Of a DNA stretch of 64,000 nucleotides, positions 39,290 through 51,360 are shown piece by piece. The notes beneath the pieces are model-generated. The model worked only from the letters and a program-made list of their open reading frames with translations. It did not search any database and was not told the DNA's origin. Position numbers and translations under genes: made by a program. The stretch comes from Octopus vulgaris (taxonomy: Eukaryota): positions 11,718,001 through 11,782,000 of the forward strand of contig OX597824.1 of the NCBI GenBank assembly GCA_951406725.2. Direction: 5' to 3'. The first letter of the stretch is position 1; each line of letters begins with the position of its first letter.

Positions 39290-39690
39290 GTTCGCCAGCC
39301 TCGTCTGGCACCTGTGTCGGTGGCACATAAAAAACACCATCCGAGCGTGGCCGTTCGCCAGCCTCGTCTGGCACCTGTGTCGGTGGCACATAAAAAACAC
39401 CATCCGAGCGTGGCCGTTCGCCAGCCTCGTCTGGCACCTGTGTCGGTGGCACATAAAAAACACCATCCGAGCGTGGCCGTTCGCCAGCCTTGTCTGGCAC
39501 CTGTGTCGGTGGCACATAAAATCACCCACTACACTCTCGAAGTGGTTGGCGTTAGGAAGGGCATCCAGCTGTAGAAACACTGCCAGATCTGACTGGCCTG
39601 GTGCAGCCTTCGGGCTCCCCAGACCCCAGTTGATCCGTCCAACCCATGCTAGCATGGAAAGCGGACGTTAAATGATGATGATGATGACGA
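39290..39690 (+). mobile_element. RTE 3' UTR fragment with 63-bp tandem repeats
   Basis: Units start at 39290, 39353, 39416, 39479; terminal part matches 2831-3000; (GAT)n tail. Confidence 0.9.
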
Positions 39691-40040
39691 TGTATTTAGA
39701 TACAAGAACACAGAAGATATATTTATCAGTCTTTTATTTAACAATTTGAATAGGATTAAAAACAAACATAAGGAAACACCTGCATGTCCACACACGTTAA
39801 CGAACACACGCACACACACACACACTTTATAAATAAGCAGAGAAACAAATAAGAGGAATTCAGATATTCAAACCCGGCTTCGCTGTCTGACACGATTTCT
39901 CAACTTGGCTTAAAATCATTTGTCGAAAGAGTTTTGATGTCAAGCCCAGGGACACAGCAATAGATCTGTACCATGGCATGAACTGATGGCAAAGTAATGA
40001 AGCATTTGCTACCTTATTCATTCAGTTATTGCTGTATCAA

Positions 40041-40433
40041 TCTCTCTATATATAAAGCTGAAGATGTCTGTGTATGGCAGGTTTGGTAGCCTTCAACTAA
40101 ACACTATCTCCTCCGAGACCCTGCGGCGCAAGTTGACCAAAATTGAGAGTATGATAGAAGAAGACTTGCTCTTCATTCCGTAGAAGAAAAAATTCAAATC
40201 GGACCATGTTAACACCAAAATTTATTTACATCAAAAAGGTGCTTTTTTTCTATGAAAATCCCTATTTTTTACGATTTTTTGACTGCTGTGTCGCCATTTT
40301 TTGGTGTATTTCAACCAGAAAAATGTTCACTTAAAGAAAATAACAAGCTACATAATGCAAAATTTTTACTTTTCAAAAATTCCAATTCTAAAGGGTCGAA
40401 ACAAACCCGAGCAACGCCAGGCGATATTGCTAG
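40041..40433 (+). mobile_element. Non-autonomous Helitron
   Basis: A|TC...CCCGAGCAACGCCAGGCGATATTGCTAG|T. Confidence 0.8.
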
Positions 40434-40593
40434 TATGGTTTATTTTTACATTGTTATGAAATCTATCATTTACAAATGGAGAAGGAATAGGAAGGTGGTC
40501 GTTCATGCTTTGACCTTGAAAATTAACAAGATAACTTAATTGTTTACAAGTGCGAAACAAAATAGGATCATTACTATGGATCTGAAATTTTAT

Positions 40594-40672
40594 TGGCCAC
40601 CAACATCCCACACAGTGAAAGACAATCCTTTGAATGTTACGGTTTCTATATTGAAACCCATGGTGGGAATTG
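40594..40672 (-). pseudogene. Duplicated internal fragment of ARF exon 2
   Basis: 76/79 nt identical to 45628-45706 ([26 protein letters not shown] then TAA); bracketed by direct repeat GAAATTTTATTG (40584-40595, 40674-40685). Confidence 0.9.
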
Positions 40673-41696
40673 CGAAATTTTATTGATAGAAACCTGAGAT
40701 TATCTGAAGTTGTGGCATTTATACTTTTCAGTGAAATGGACAGCAGCCAGGAATGGAAACCTAAGCAGTAGCAACCACCCTGAGAAGCAATACTGCATAT
40801 GTAAGTATGGTGGCAGAGATTTTTTCCAAAGGGGTGAGATGGAGAAAGTTGTGATGTACACATTCGCAATGCAAAGGAAACTGGGCTCCTTTTTAAGCAA
40901 AGGATTGATGCACTTGAGTCTCAGTTAATTAAAATTAGCAGGAGTCATGGAAATTCCATGTTTCATAAATGTTCTTAATTCTCTTTTGATGCAGAAATTC
41001 ACAGATTTTCTCAACATTGTGTTATCAAAAGTTTTCGGCTGTCTTCGATTTCCTTCCACTTTTAGAGCTACTGAAAGCTTAATACAGGAACCTGTTTAAC
41101 CATGTTAACCTTTTGCTCGGCAAAAGTATTTTCATAAGTTTGTTTTAAACATCCACGCACTTTTTCAGACATTTATTTAGCCTTCGTTTTAAATATCCTG
41201 AGTTTCCATTTTACAAGCCTTAAGTTACTCTGATGGTTGAGGAAAAAAAAAGGATATTTGTATCATATATTTCGTATGGATGACAGAGAAATATGTCTTG
41301 TCTATTACATGTGATACACAGGACAGGCGAACAGTTTTGATTATGTCTTCGATGTTGTTCCATAGTTAAGCCAACTGGAAGTGTAACATTCGAACAGATG
41401 TTACGAGAAGCAGAATAATATTATAGAAAGTTGGAAATTAGTGTAAAGTGGCGAAGAGAGGAAGAATAGCCTGATCTTTGACATTAAATATAATGGTTGC
41501 AATGATCAAGAACTGAGAAAAGGAGGAAAGTTCAGAGACGACAATTGGGGAAATGACAAGATGGCAACGAATCTGTAGGTTTTTGGTTCCTGTTGATTTT
41601 TTAGAATAGAAATTAGATGTATACAGTAGGAAAATGAGTGGTAGTGAAATTTATCCTCTTTTAAATAAAAAGTATTAGTGACGTAAGATATAGTAG

Positions 41697-42797
41697 TATT
41701 GGTTTCAAACTTTGGCACAAGGCCAGCAGATTTGGGGGGAGGGGATAAGTCGATTACATTGACCTTAATATTTGACTGGAAGGATGAAAGGAAAAGTCGA
41801 CCCCAGCAGAATTTGAACTCAGAATGTAAAGATGAACAAAATACTGCTAAGTATTTTGCTCAGAGTGCAAATAATTCTTCCAGCTCATCACCTTAAGCGA
41901 TAGTAATATTGATGTTTAAAATATTTACACGCCCACACATTTAGAGGAGGCGATTATTATACCAATATTTTAGGATTTCATTGGTACTTATTTTCTCAAC
42001 ATGAGATGATGGCAGGTATAGTTGACCACAGGGTAATTTGAACTCGGAACTCGAAGACACAACTTAGTACTGTAATGAATTTTGATCGTACCTCCTTACT
42101 ATTCTGGCAATCAAATGGACAGATTAATAATTATTTCAAATTTTTGCCACAAGGGCAGCTTGGAGGAGGTAGGGACAATCCGATTACATTGACCCCAGTG
42201 TACAACTGGTACTTATTTTATCAACCCCAAGAGGATGAAAGGCAAAGTCAACCCTGGCGGAATTTGAACTTAGAACATAGCGACAGGTGAAATACCACTA
42301 AGCATTTCGTCCAGTCTGCTAACGATTCTGCTAATTTGCTGTCTTCCTGGACTAATTAATAATATTAATTTATAATAGAGGAGCAAGATAACAAATTTGG
42401 AGTTGTCGTACATTCGATGATATCGCCGTGGGATGCGACTGGTATGATTTTTAATGGGAAAAGTCAACCACGGCAGGATTTAAGCTTAGAACGTGTTGGG
42501 TTGCAACAAAATACCGCAAGACATTTTTACCGTACATCCAACAATTCTGTCACTCTACCACTTTTATAGATATAAATACTAGTTTCAAATTTTGGCACAA
42601 GGCCAGCAATTTCGGGGAAGTGGGTAAGCTGATCACACCAACCCCAGTGCTCAACTGGTACTTATTTTATTGACCCCACCAAAAGGATGAAAGGCAAAGT
42701 TGACCTTGGTGGAATTTGAACTCAGAATGTTAAGATGGAAGAAATGCTTGCTAAGCATTTTGCTTGGTGTGTTAACAGTTCTGCCAGCTCACTGCCT
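41697..42797 (-). mobile_element. Cluster of SINE A-type copies (alternative tail)
   Basis: Copies at about 41697-41895, 42133-42340, 42578-42797. Confidence 0.75.
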
Positions 42798-43283
42798 CAT
42801 AGATATAAATATTGGAAGGAAAGAGAGAGATGGGTTGCTTTAAAAGATATTGTGCTGATTGTACAAATAGCTTAGATGGGAAATCAGTTGGTAATAAATT
42901 TGACAAATCCTAAGAACTTTTGGACCTGGAAATTGTTTCTGGTCCAGGTCAAGAAACAGCAATGGTTTTCAGATACAATCTTTTGCAATGCTGTCATGCC
43001 AAGACCAAGCAAACAAGTTGAAAGCTTCACTAAACTTCATTAAAAAGGCATTGAAAATGTTGCATTAGTCTCGAGAGTCTGAGAACACACTGGTACCTTG
43101 TAGTAACCGTATGCATCCAAAAACACATGAAACTGGAATCCTCTCAAAGAGCTGTTGGTGTCTTTGAAATTATGGCAGTTGACCAGAATTAAAACTGGGA
43201 ACTTTATCTGTAAAAGACTTCTTACTATCATTAAAAAGAACAATAGGGTTGAGTCTTAAGAGCAGAGTCAGTCTCTTCTTTTT

Positions 43284-43591
43284 TCAAGAATGTCTCGATT
43301 TGTGTCGGTGATATTTCTTTACCATGGATTTTAATTTGTCCATCGCTTCGAGTATTCCATCACCAGTTGTAGCACAAGTTGACTGGATGTGCCATCGGCG
43401 GTCATCTAGTTTACTTAAGTTTAATTTATCTGTTATCTCCGATACAGACAAGGCATTCGGTAAATCTTGTTTATTGGCTAAAATTATTACTGGAACATCT
43501 TCCATTTCCTTCTGCCGTAAAACTGCATTCAATTCATAACGACTTTCTGCCATTCGGTTCCTATCGGCACTATCAACAACATACAACAAAC
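43284..43591 (-). CDS. ARF/ARL-family small GTPase, coding exon 3 (terminal)
   Basis: Acceptor TTCTTATTTTGCAG|; (C)LLYVVDSADRNRMAESRYEL...LANKQDLP...WHIQSTCATTGDGILEAMDKL...HS* with G4 NKQD and G5 CAT. Joined CDS is 85+174+308=567 nt, in frame, 188 aa. Confidence 0.95.
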
Positions 43592-44090
43592 CTGCAAAAT
43601 AAGAAATACACAAATTAGACGTCATTTTGTTAATTTTTCATCCAGCTAAAAGAAAAAAAGGTCAATTTCTCTACTAAATATATTTTTGTTGCTGTTTGTC
43701 ATACTTTTCACTGAATACCAATCTACCTGTAACTGGTAATTTAGGTGAGACAAGCTGACACTGAATTAGCTTCGCTGATTGACAGGTGATGGTCATTTAG
43801 AGATTGCGTGGGCTAAGACTATGCGCCTTCATTGGTCAGTTAAAGTTGAGACCGTGTCATGTGACAACTTGCTGGGAACCATGTGGTTGGTAAGCAAGCT
43901 ACTTACCACACAGCCACTCCTACGCCTATATGTGCCTATGACATTATTTAATGAAAATATGTTAAAAAGAACCCATTTGATGGTATATACGATGCATGCT
44001 TTTCCAAAGAAGATTTTTAAAAATCTCCCTCTGTCCTATGCACAAAGTTAGTCTTTCCATAAGCTAATTTTGTCCCCGACGTTTGTTATG

Positions 44091-44315
44091 TGCAGCGTGG
44101 AAGGTGTTTGTAAGCCATTTAAGAAACACACAAAAGCCGTTCGATTCACTTTAACATTTAAGTTTAATTTGTCAAAATATTTTCGTCGCTTTAAGACCGC
44201 GACCTGTTCACTGACAAAAATCCGAGATAACAGATAAATTAAACTTAAATGTTGAAGTGAATCGAACGGCTTTTGTGTGTTTCTTAAATGGCTTACAAAC
44301 ACCTTCCACACTGCA
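44091..44315. repeat. Fold-back (about 80 bp arms) enclosing the hammerhead motif
   Basis: 44091-44173 is the near-perfect reverse complement of 44233-44315. Confidence 0.9.
44168..44218 (-). ncRNA. Type I hammerhead-ribozyme motif, G3:C8 core variant (Penelope-like remnant in ARF intron 2)
   Basis: Minus strand: TTTGTCA-GTGAACA-G-GTCGC-ggtcttaaa-GCGAC-GAAA-ATAT-TT-TGACAAA. Stem I 7 bp, stem II 5 bp, palindromic minimal stem III. Confidence 0.6.
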
Positions 44316-44386
44316 ATTGTTTTCATTTCAGCACACGATCTCAGATCAAATCGCTTGCTATGCAAGTACATCTCCCCAGTTTATTA

Positions 44387-44417
<31 letters not shown>

Positions 44418-44864
44418 ATGTGTGGGTGTGTCTTTGGGTTTGTCCTTCACCACTTGACAACCAGTGCTAATTTCTTTACACTCCACCAACAACTTAGCTG
44501 TGTGGCAAAAGGGAACAATAAAATAAGTACCAGACTTTACGTACTGGGGTTTGTTTCGTTTGACCAAATTCTTTAAAAATGGTGCCCCAGCATGGGCTGC
44601 ATTCAAATGATTGAAACAAATCAAAGACGAAAGATATGAGGGCAATACTCTTAGCTGCAATGGCTAAAGCAGGCCTGGCCAACTCGAATTACATTGAGGG
44701 CCACTTTAATCACAGAAAGGTCTTTGAGGGCTGCTTGTATACTTTATGCACTAACAGTCAAATAATCAAATTACAGAATCAAGAATTTTTCATACTTTTC
44801 ATTTGTTTAAAATTATAAAGTTGTAGGTTATTGCCTTATTACCACTTATTTATTTTGAAACGAA

Positions 44865-45400
44865 TCATCATCATCATCATCATCGTTTAATGTCCGCTTT
44901 CCATGCTAGCATGGGTTGGATGAATGACTGAGGGCTGGCGAACCAGATGGCTGCACCAGGCTTCAATCTTGACCTGGCAGAGCTTCTACACCTAGATGCC
45001 CTTAATAACGCCAACCACTCCGAGAGTGTGGTGGGTGCTTTTACGTGATACCGGCAAAGGGCCAGTCAGGCGGTACTGGCAACGACCTCGCTCGAATCTT
45101 TTACACATGCCACTGGCACAGGTGCCAGTAAGGCGATGCTGGTAATGATCATGCTTGAATGGTGTCTTTTACATGCCACCGGCACAGAGGCCAGATAGCT
45201 GCTCTGGCAACGATCACACTCGGATGGTGCTCTTAGCACCCTACTAGCACGGGGCTCGAGTGCCAGTAAGGCAACGCTGGTAACGATCACGCTCGAATGG
45301 TGCCTTTTAAGTGCCACTGGCATGGAAGCCGGTTAGCCGCTCTGTCAATGGTCACACTCATATGGTGCTCTTTGCACCCTGCTAGCACGGACGCCAGTCA
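44865..45400 (-). mobile_element. RTE 3' UTR fragment (intron 2)
   Basis: Near-collinear with 7886-8368. Confidence 0.85.
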
Positions 45401-45551
45401 TCGAATTTTATTTTTTATTTTTTAAACAAATGTTTTACACAAACAATTTTATTTTGAAATTAAACACAATACTTCAAGAAAGTATCAAGCAGGCCACAAG
45501 ATAAAAGTCTGTGGTTGGCCAGCCCTAGGCTAAAGCAAAATAAAGACATTA

Positions 45552-45794
<243 letters not shown>

Positions 45795-46455
45795 TTAGAT
45801 ACCGAAATGAACATTGCAATGAGAAGTTAATGAGGAGGGTATGGACGTCAATGTAGCCCTGCTAGAAATAGCAACCAAAGAAAGAGAGAGGTGGAGGGAG
45901 GGATAGAGAAAAAGTGAGAAAGAGCGAGAAAGACAGAGAAAGAAAGAAAGAAAAGGGGCAGAGAGAGAGAAAGAAAGAAAGAGGCTCTACAATGTCTTAT
46001 TCTAATCTCATTCGTATCAGGAAGGTATAAAGGAAATCGAATCAGTTTTTGACTGCTTCTTAATTTTATTGATCTTGGAAGGATGAAAGGCAAAGTTAGT
46101 CTTGGTGAAATTTGAACTCAAAAAGCAAAGGCCATAACTAAAACACTGAAAGTATTCAATCTGACGCTCAAATGATTCTGCTAATTCACCATCACCTGGC
46201 TCGTTAGAAATAATAAGCCCAAGAGGAGCGTCTACATGGCCCTGTGGCATTTTTGAAACAACAGCCAAATCTCCCTCAAAACATTCCAACCCTACTGATT
46301 CAAAAAAGATAAAGACAGAAAAAGAACACGTTGAAAAAGAATAAAAGACGTGATGGTTATGGGTGGAACGATTTTGATCATAAGTCCGCTCAGTTGGGAT
46401 CGAATTGTGGTGGTGATGGTGACTTTTTGTAAAAAGAAAAGAAAAATAATTTCTG

Positions 46456-46810
46456 TAGGCACAGGCATGACTGTGCGGTTAAGAAGTTTGCTTTCTGACT
46501 ATGTGGTTTCAGGTTCAGTCCCACTGAGCAGCACCTTGGGTAGGTGTCTTCTTGGGCTGGCCAATGGTTTCTGAGAGAATTTGGTGAATGGAAACTATGT
46601 GAGAGCCTGACAAACAAGGACAGACAAACGTGTGTGTGTGTGTGTCCACTGCTTGACATCCAGTGTTAGTTCATTTATGTCCCCATAATTTAGCAGTTTG
46701 GCAAAAGAAACCTCTGGAGTAAGTACCAGATTAAAAAAAAAAAAAGTTCTGGGATTGCTTTTTTGACTAAACCCTTCAGTGTGGTGCTCCAACATGGTCG
46801 CAATCTAGAA
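46456..46810 (+). mobile_element. SINE family B (intron 1)
   Basis: Diverged copy. Confidence 0.75.
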
Positions 46811-46819
46811 ACAGAGAAA

Positions 46820-47370
46820 GGTGGCAAGCTGGCAGAAACGTTAGCACACCGGGCAAAATGCTTAGCAGTATTTCGTCTGCCGTTACGTTCTGAGTTCAAA
46901 TTCCGCTGAGGTCGACTTTGCCTTTCATCCTTTCAGGGTCAATAAATTAAGTACTAGTTATGCACTGGGGTCGATGTAATCGACTTAATCCGTTTGTCTG
47001 TCCTTGTTTGTCACCTCTGTGTTTAGCCCCTTGTGGGTTGTAAAGAAATAGGTATTTCATCTGCCGCTACGTTATGAGTTCAAATTCCGCTGAGGTCGAC
47101 TTTGCATTTCATCCTTTCGGGGTCGATAAATTAAGTACCAGTTACGCAATGGGGTCGATAAAAATCGACTTAATCCGTTTGTCTGTCCTTTCTGTGTTTA
47201 GCCCCTCGTGGGTAGTAAAGAAATAGGTATTTCGTCTGTCTTTACGTTCTGAGTTCAACTTTGCCTTTCATCCTTTTGGGGTCAATAAATTAAGTACCAT
47301 TTGCATATTGGGGTCGATCTAATCAACTGGTCCCCTCCCACAAATTTTGGGCCTTGCTCCTAGTATAGAA
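46820..47370 (+). mobile_element. SINE family A tandem trimer
   Basis: One full unit plus two 5'-truncated units joined at GAAATAG|GTATTTC. Confidence 0.85.
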
Positions 47371-47603
47371 ATCTACTAACAAAGAAACAAGAAACAGAAT
47401 AAAAGGAAGTCGCTTGTCAACATTCTTGCACGAGAGAATAGAATAATTGAGGTTGCTCCCACTCACCGATATCTATTCAAAACATTTGTAACAGGTGTTC
47501 AATTCAGGTAAATATATTCCAGGTCACCAAGGTTTGATTGTACATCATATTGTTCCCTTGATTCCCATGTGTTTCTGGTTCAATTCATATACAAGTAATG
47601 ACA

Positions 47604-47803
47604 CTCTTTTACTTGTTTCAGCAATTTGACTGCGGCCATGCTGGAGCACCGCCTTTAGTCAAGCAAACCGACCGCAGGACTTATTCTTTGTAAGCCTAGT
47701 ACTTATTCTATTGGGCTCTTTTGCCGAACCGCTAAGTTATGCAGACATAAACACACCAGCATCGGTTGTCAAGCGATGTTAGGGAACAAATACTGACACA
47801 TAA

Positions 47804-47842
<39 letters not shown>

Positions 47843-48235
47843 CGACAGGCTTCTTTCAGTTTCCATCTACCAAATCCACTCACAAGGCTTTGGTTGGCTC
47901 GGCTATAGTAGAAGACACTTGCCCAAGGTGCCATGCAGTGGGACTGAACCCAGAACCATGTGGTTGGTAAGCAGCCACTCCTGCGCCTATAAATGCCGCA
48001 CAAATCTTTTATCTTTTACTTGTTTCCGTCATCGGACTGCGGCCATGCTGAGGCATAACTTTGGAAAACTTTTAGTCGAATGAATCGACCCTAGTACTTA
48101 TGCCATTTTTTAAAGCCTAGTATTTATTCTATCAGTTCCTTTTGCTGAACCGCTAAGTTACAGGGACATAAACACATCAACACCAGTTATCAAGCGGTAC
48201 TGGGGGACAAACAGACACAAACACACACAAGCACA
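47604..48235 (-). mobile_element. SINE family B (full copy + tail fragment)
   Basis: 47604-47989 full, 48012-48235 partial. Confidence 0.8.
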
Positions 48236-48672
48236 TATATACCTACTGTACTGATCTGAATTCTCGCAAGTATCTGACGAATGGTTACGTGAAACTCTGA
48301 GTAACAGTTTGCAAAGTCAACAATAAAATACTATTTTACTGCATCTTTAGTATTTGAGTACTACTTTCTCCACCTTGTTTTGCACCAGTGTGTGTGTGTG
48401 TGTGTGTGTGTTAAAAGAGAAAACTGGAAAATTTGTTGGTATTATTCATTCTGTATAAAACATGTTTCATTATCAATAGGAGTTACATGAGTACACACAC
48501 AGAAAAAGAAAAAACAACATGAAATCTCTTATTAGCAATTCAGAGGGTAGAGAATCAAAATAATACAAGCTCACACTGGATTGTGCTTCATGAGAATACA
48601 GACAAGATAATAAGTCCCTCTCGCTCTCTCTCTGTATATATGTGCATGTATGTGTGTGTATATATATATATT

Positions 48673-49029
48673 AATTTAGAGATAGTATACCCCTACCTCT
48701 CACCTAATAAAAAGGATTTTTATTTTTATTTTTAAATACCTACTGTTTTATTACTTGGTAACCTAATTTAAACATACCTACTTTACACAGACTGAAGGGT
48801 TTTAAAAAATTAAAATATAGTTTATTGTGTTGAACGCTGATAAAGTTGTATAAGGGCCTGATGACTGGGGTGGCATCTTGAGAGGGGTTCCAGGGAAACA
48901 CGGAGTGGTTTAGGAACCGGAGGATGTACCTCATGAAACACGTGTTCCCAAGTAATAAAAGAGTAGGTATCTAAAATAAAAATTCTTTTTTATAAGGTGA
49001 GATGTAGGGGTATACTATCTCTAAATTAA
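48673..49029. repeat. Inverted repeat pair (about 85 bp arms), fold-back element
   Basis: AATTTAGAGATAGTATACCCCTAC.TCTCACCT vs AGGTGAGA.GTAGGGGTATACTATCTCTAAATT. Confidence 0.8.
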
Positions 49030-49668
49030 AATATATTTCTTCATTGAGAATAATTTGAACCTCTGTGACGCCGGAATTTTTATTCCCTAACAAATAAAAT
49101 TTATATATATGTATATATTTAGAGATAGATAGAGAGAGAACTAGATAGAGAGGTATGTACTACAAACTTCCACACTGCTATAGTCTACCAAATTCACTCA
49201 CTAAGCTCGACCCAGGTTTATAATAGAGACACTTGCCCAAGGTGCCACGCAATGAGATTGAACCCGAAACCACGTGACTGGTTGCAAAGTGACCTTCTTA
49301 GCCACACAGCTATGCCTGCACCTATTGTTTACATTTATAAAGGATTTGTTAAGTTTCTCTAAATAAAGCATTCTTGACTTGTATCTGCATTTAATTTCGA
49401 GATTAAAAATTGCCTTCGACTTATAACACTGAATATTTTAGTCCACACTTAACTATAAATTCTTATATATGTTTTCCATAGTGTTGCCAGAATTTGTGCT
49501 GCCTGGGTCGACCCATGAGTTTCTCCCCACTGTGTTGGACCTTCAAGCCCTATACAGGTTTTGTACAACAGACCCAAAAGTGATGCTACCATGTAAACAT
49601 CACCTGGGGCAAACCAGCCCTTGCCTCTACCTAGCTATGCTGCTGTATGTTGAATTGAGCTTGGATGA

Positions 49669-49700
<32 letters not shown>

Positions 49701-50295
49701 ACACACATGATTCTTCAGATCCTTTCTTTCGTTAGTATTCCACAAGACTGCCGTTTCATTGGTAAAAAAGGGGGAACAAAATGCTAAATTAAAATTAGCA
49801 AACTCTCCTCACCCTATCGCCACCTCACCGTCAAACCAACATGTTATCTAAACGAAATACAAAGTTTGGGCGTTTATGTATGTTATCTTAAGCCTCAGCT
49901 AAGAAAATCCCAAAGGCCATATCTCTGCAATTCCCATTTTGTACATTGATGTCAGACGTGAAACAAACCCAGCAAAATTATCCCTTATCTCTTTCATCAT
50001 CACTAACATCTCATAACAGATAAATTTATCACCAATTCTCCAAGATTACTCATTTTTTCAACGCAAGAAATATAAAAATACTACTTGAAGAAACCCTATA
50101 TTAACATCTTGCCCCAGTTTTATTAATAACCCCTATGAAAATATAAAAAGGTCAGCTGTGAAAGTTTGCACTTCTCACCTGAGATGTATTCTTTGTGGCC
50201 TGTCCTAATGGTTTCAAAGCAGTTTTTATCACACGAGGCAAAATATATACGGTTAAAAGAATGTCTCAAAGAGAATCTTTAGAAGTTATTGCACA

Positions 50296-51160
50296 CGCAA
50301 ACAAAAACCCAGTTTTCAGCGACGTGAATGTCTATTATATTATACCTGTTTCAATCATTGAGTTGCGGCCATGCTGGAGCACTGCCTTATGCAAACAAAA
50401 ACCCAGTTTTCAGTGACGTGGTGATGTGAATATCTTTTGTTATATACTTGTTTCAATCATTGGGTTGTGGCCATGCTGGAGCACTGCCTGAAACCTAGTT
50501 TTCAGTGATGTGAATGTCTATTATATTACGCTTGTTTCAATCATTGGGTTGCGGCCATGCTGGAGCACTGCCTTATGCAAACAAAAACCCAGTTTTCAAC
50601 GACGTGGTGATGTGAATATCTTTTGTTATAGAATAGTTTCAAACATTGGGCTGCGGCCATGCTGGAGCACTGGCCTATGCAAACAAAAACCCAGTTTTCA
50701 GTGACGTGGTGATGTGAATATCTTTTGTTATATACTTGTTTCAATCATTGGGTTGTGGCCATGCTGGAGCACTGCCTGAAACCTAGTTTTCAGTGATGTG
50801 AATGTCTATTATATTACGCTTGTTTCAATCATTGGGTTGCGGCCATGCTGGAGCACTGCCTTATGCAAACAAAAACCCAGTTTTCAACGACGTGGTGATG
50901 TGAATATCTTTTGTTATAGAATAGTTTCAAACATTGGGCTGCGGCCATGCTGGAGCACTGGCCTATGCAAACAAAAATCCAGTTTTCAGTGACGTGGTGA
51001 TGTGAATATCTTTTGTTATATACTTGTTTCAATCATTGGGCTGCGGCCATGCTGGAGCACTGCCCTATGCAAACAAAAACCCAGTTTTCAACGACGTGGT
51101 GATGTGAATATCTTTTGTTATGGAATAGTTTCAGTCATTACTTTGTGGCCATGCCAGAAC
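50296..51160. repeat. SINE-derived minisatellite, 102/84-bp monomers in a 288-bp higher-order unit
   Basis: CCATGCTGGAGCACTG at 50369, 50471, 50555, 50657, 50759, 50843, 50945, 51047 (degenerate at 51149). Confidence 0.9.
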
Positions 51161-51360
51161 ACCATTTTAAAGAGTTTTAGTTGGACAAATCAACACTAAG
51201 GCTTATATTTTTATTATTTTTTTTTTTGGTGTTGTTTTTTGAATTTTTAAGACTGGTACATATTCTATAGATTTATTTTACCGAACCACTACTATTATGG
51301 GGATGTAAACAAACCAATACCAGTTGTCCAACGGTGTGGTGGGGGGTCAAACACATACAT

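Noticed and set aside
40366-40869. 167-aa ORF as a second ARF gene
   Set aside because: The ARF similarity is a 79-nt piece in a different frame bounded by stops; no other exons were found.
40925-41093. Possible alternative terminal ARF exon (phase-1 open frame after AAACAG, minus strand)
   Set aside because: Weak pyrimidine tract and no ARF or other recognisable homology; cannot be supported without RNA data.
50296-51160. CRISPR-like regular repeats
   Set aside because: The 'spacers' are themselves repeated, the repeat is SINE-derived, there are no cas genes, and the context is eukaryotic.
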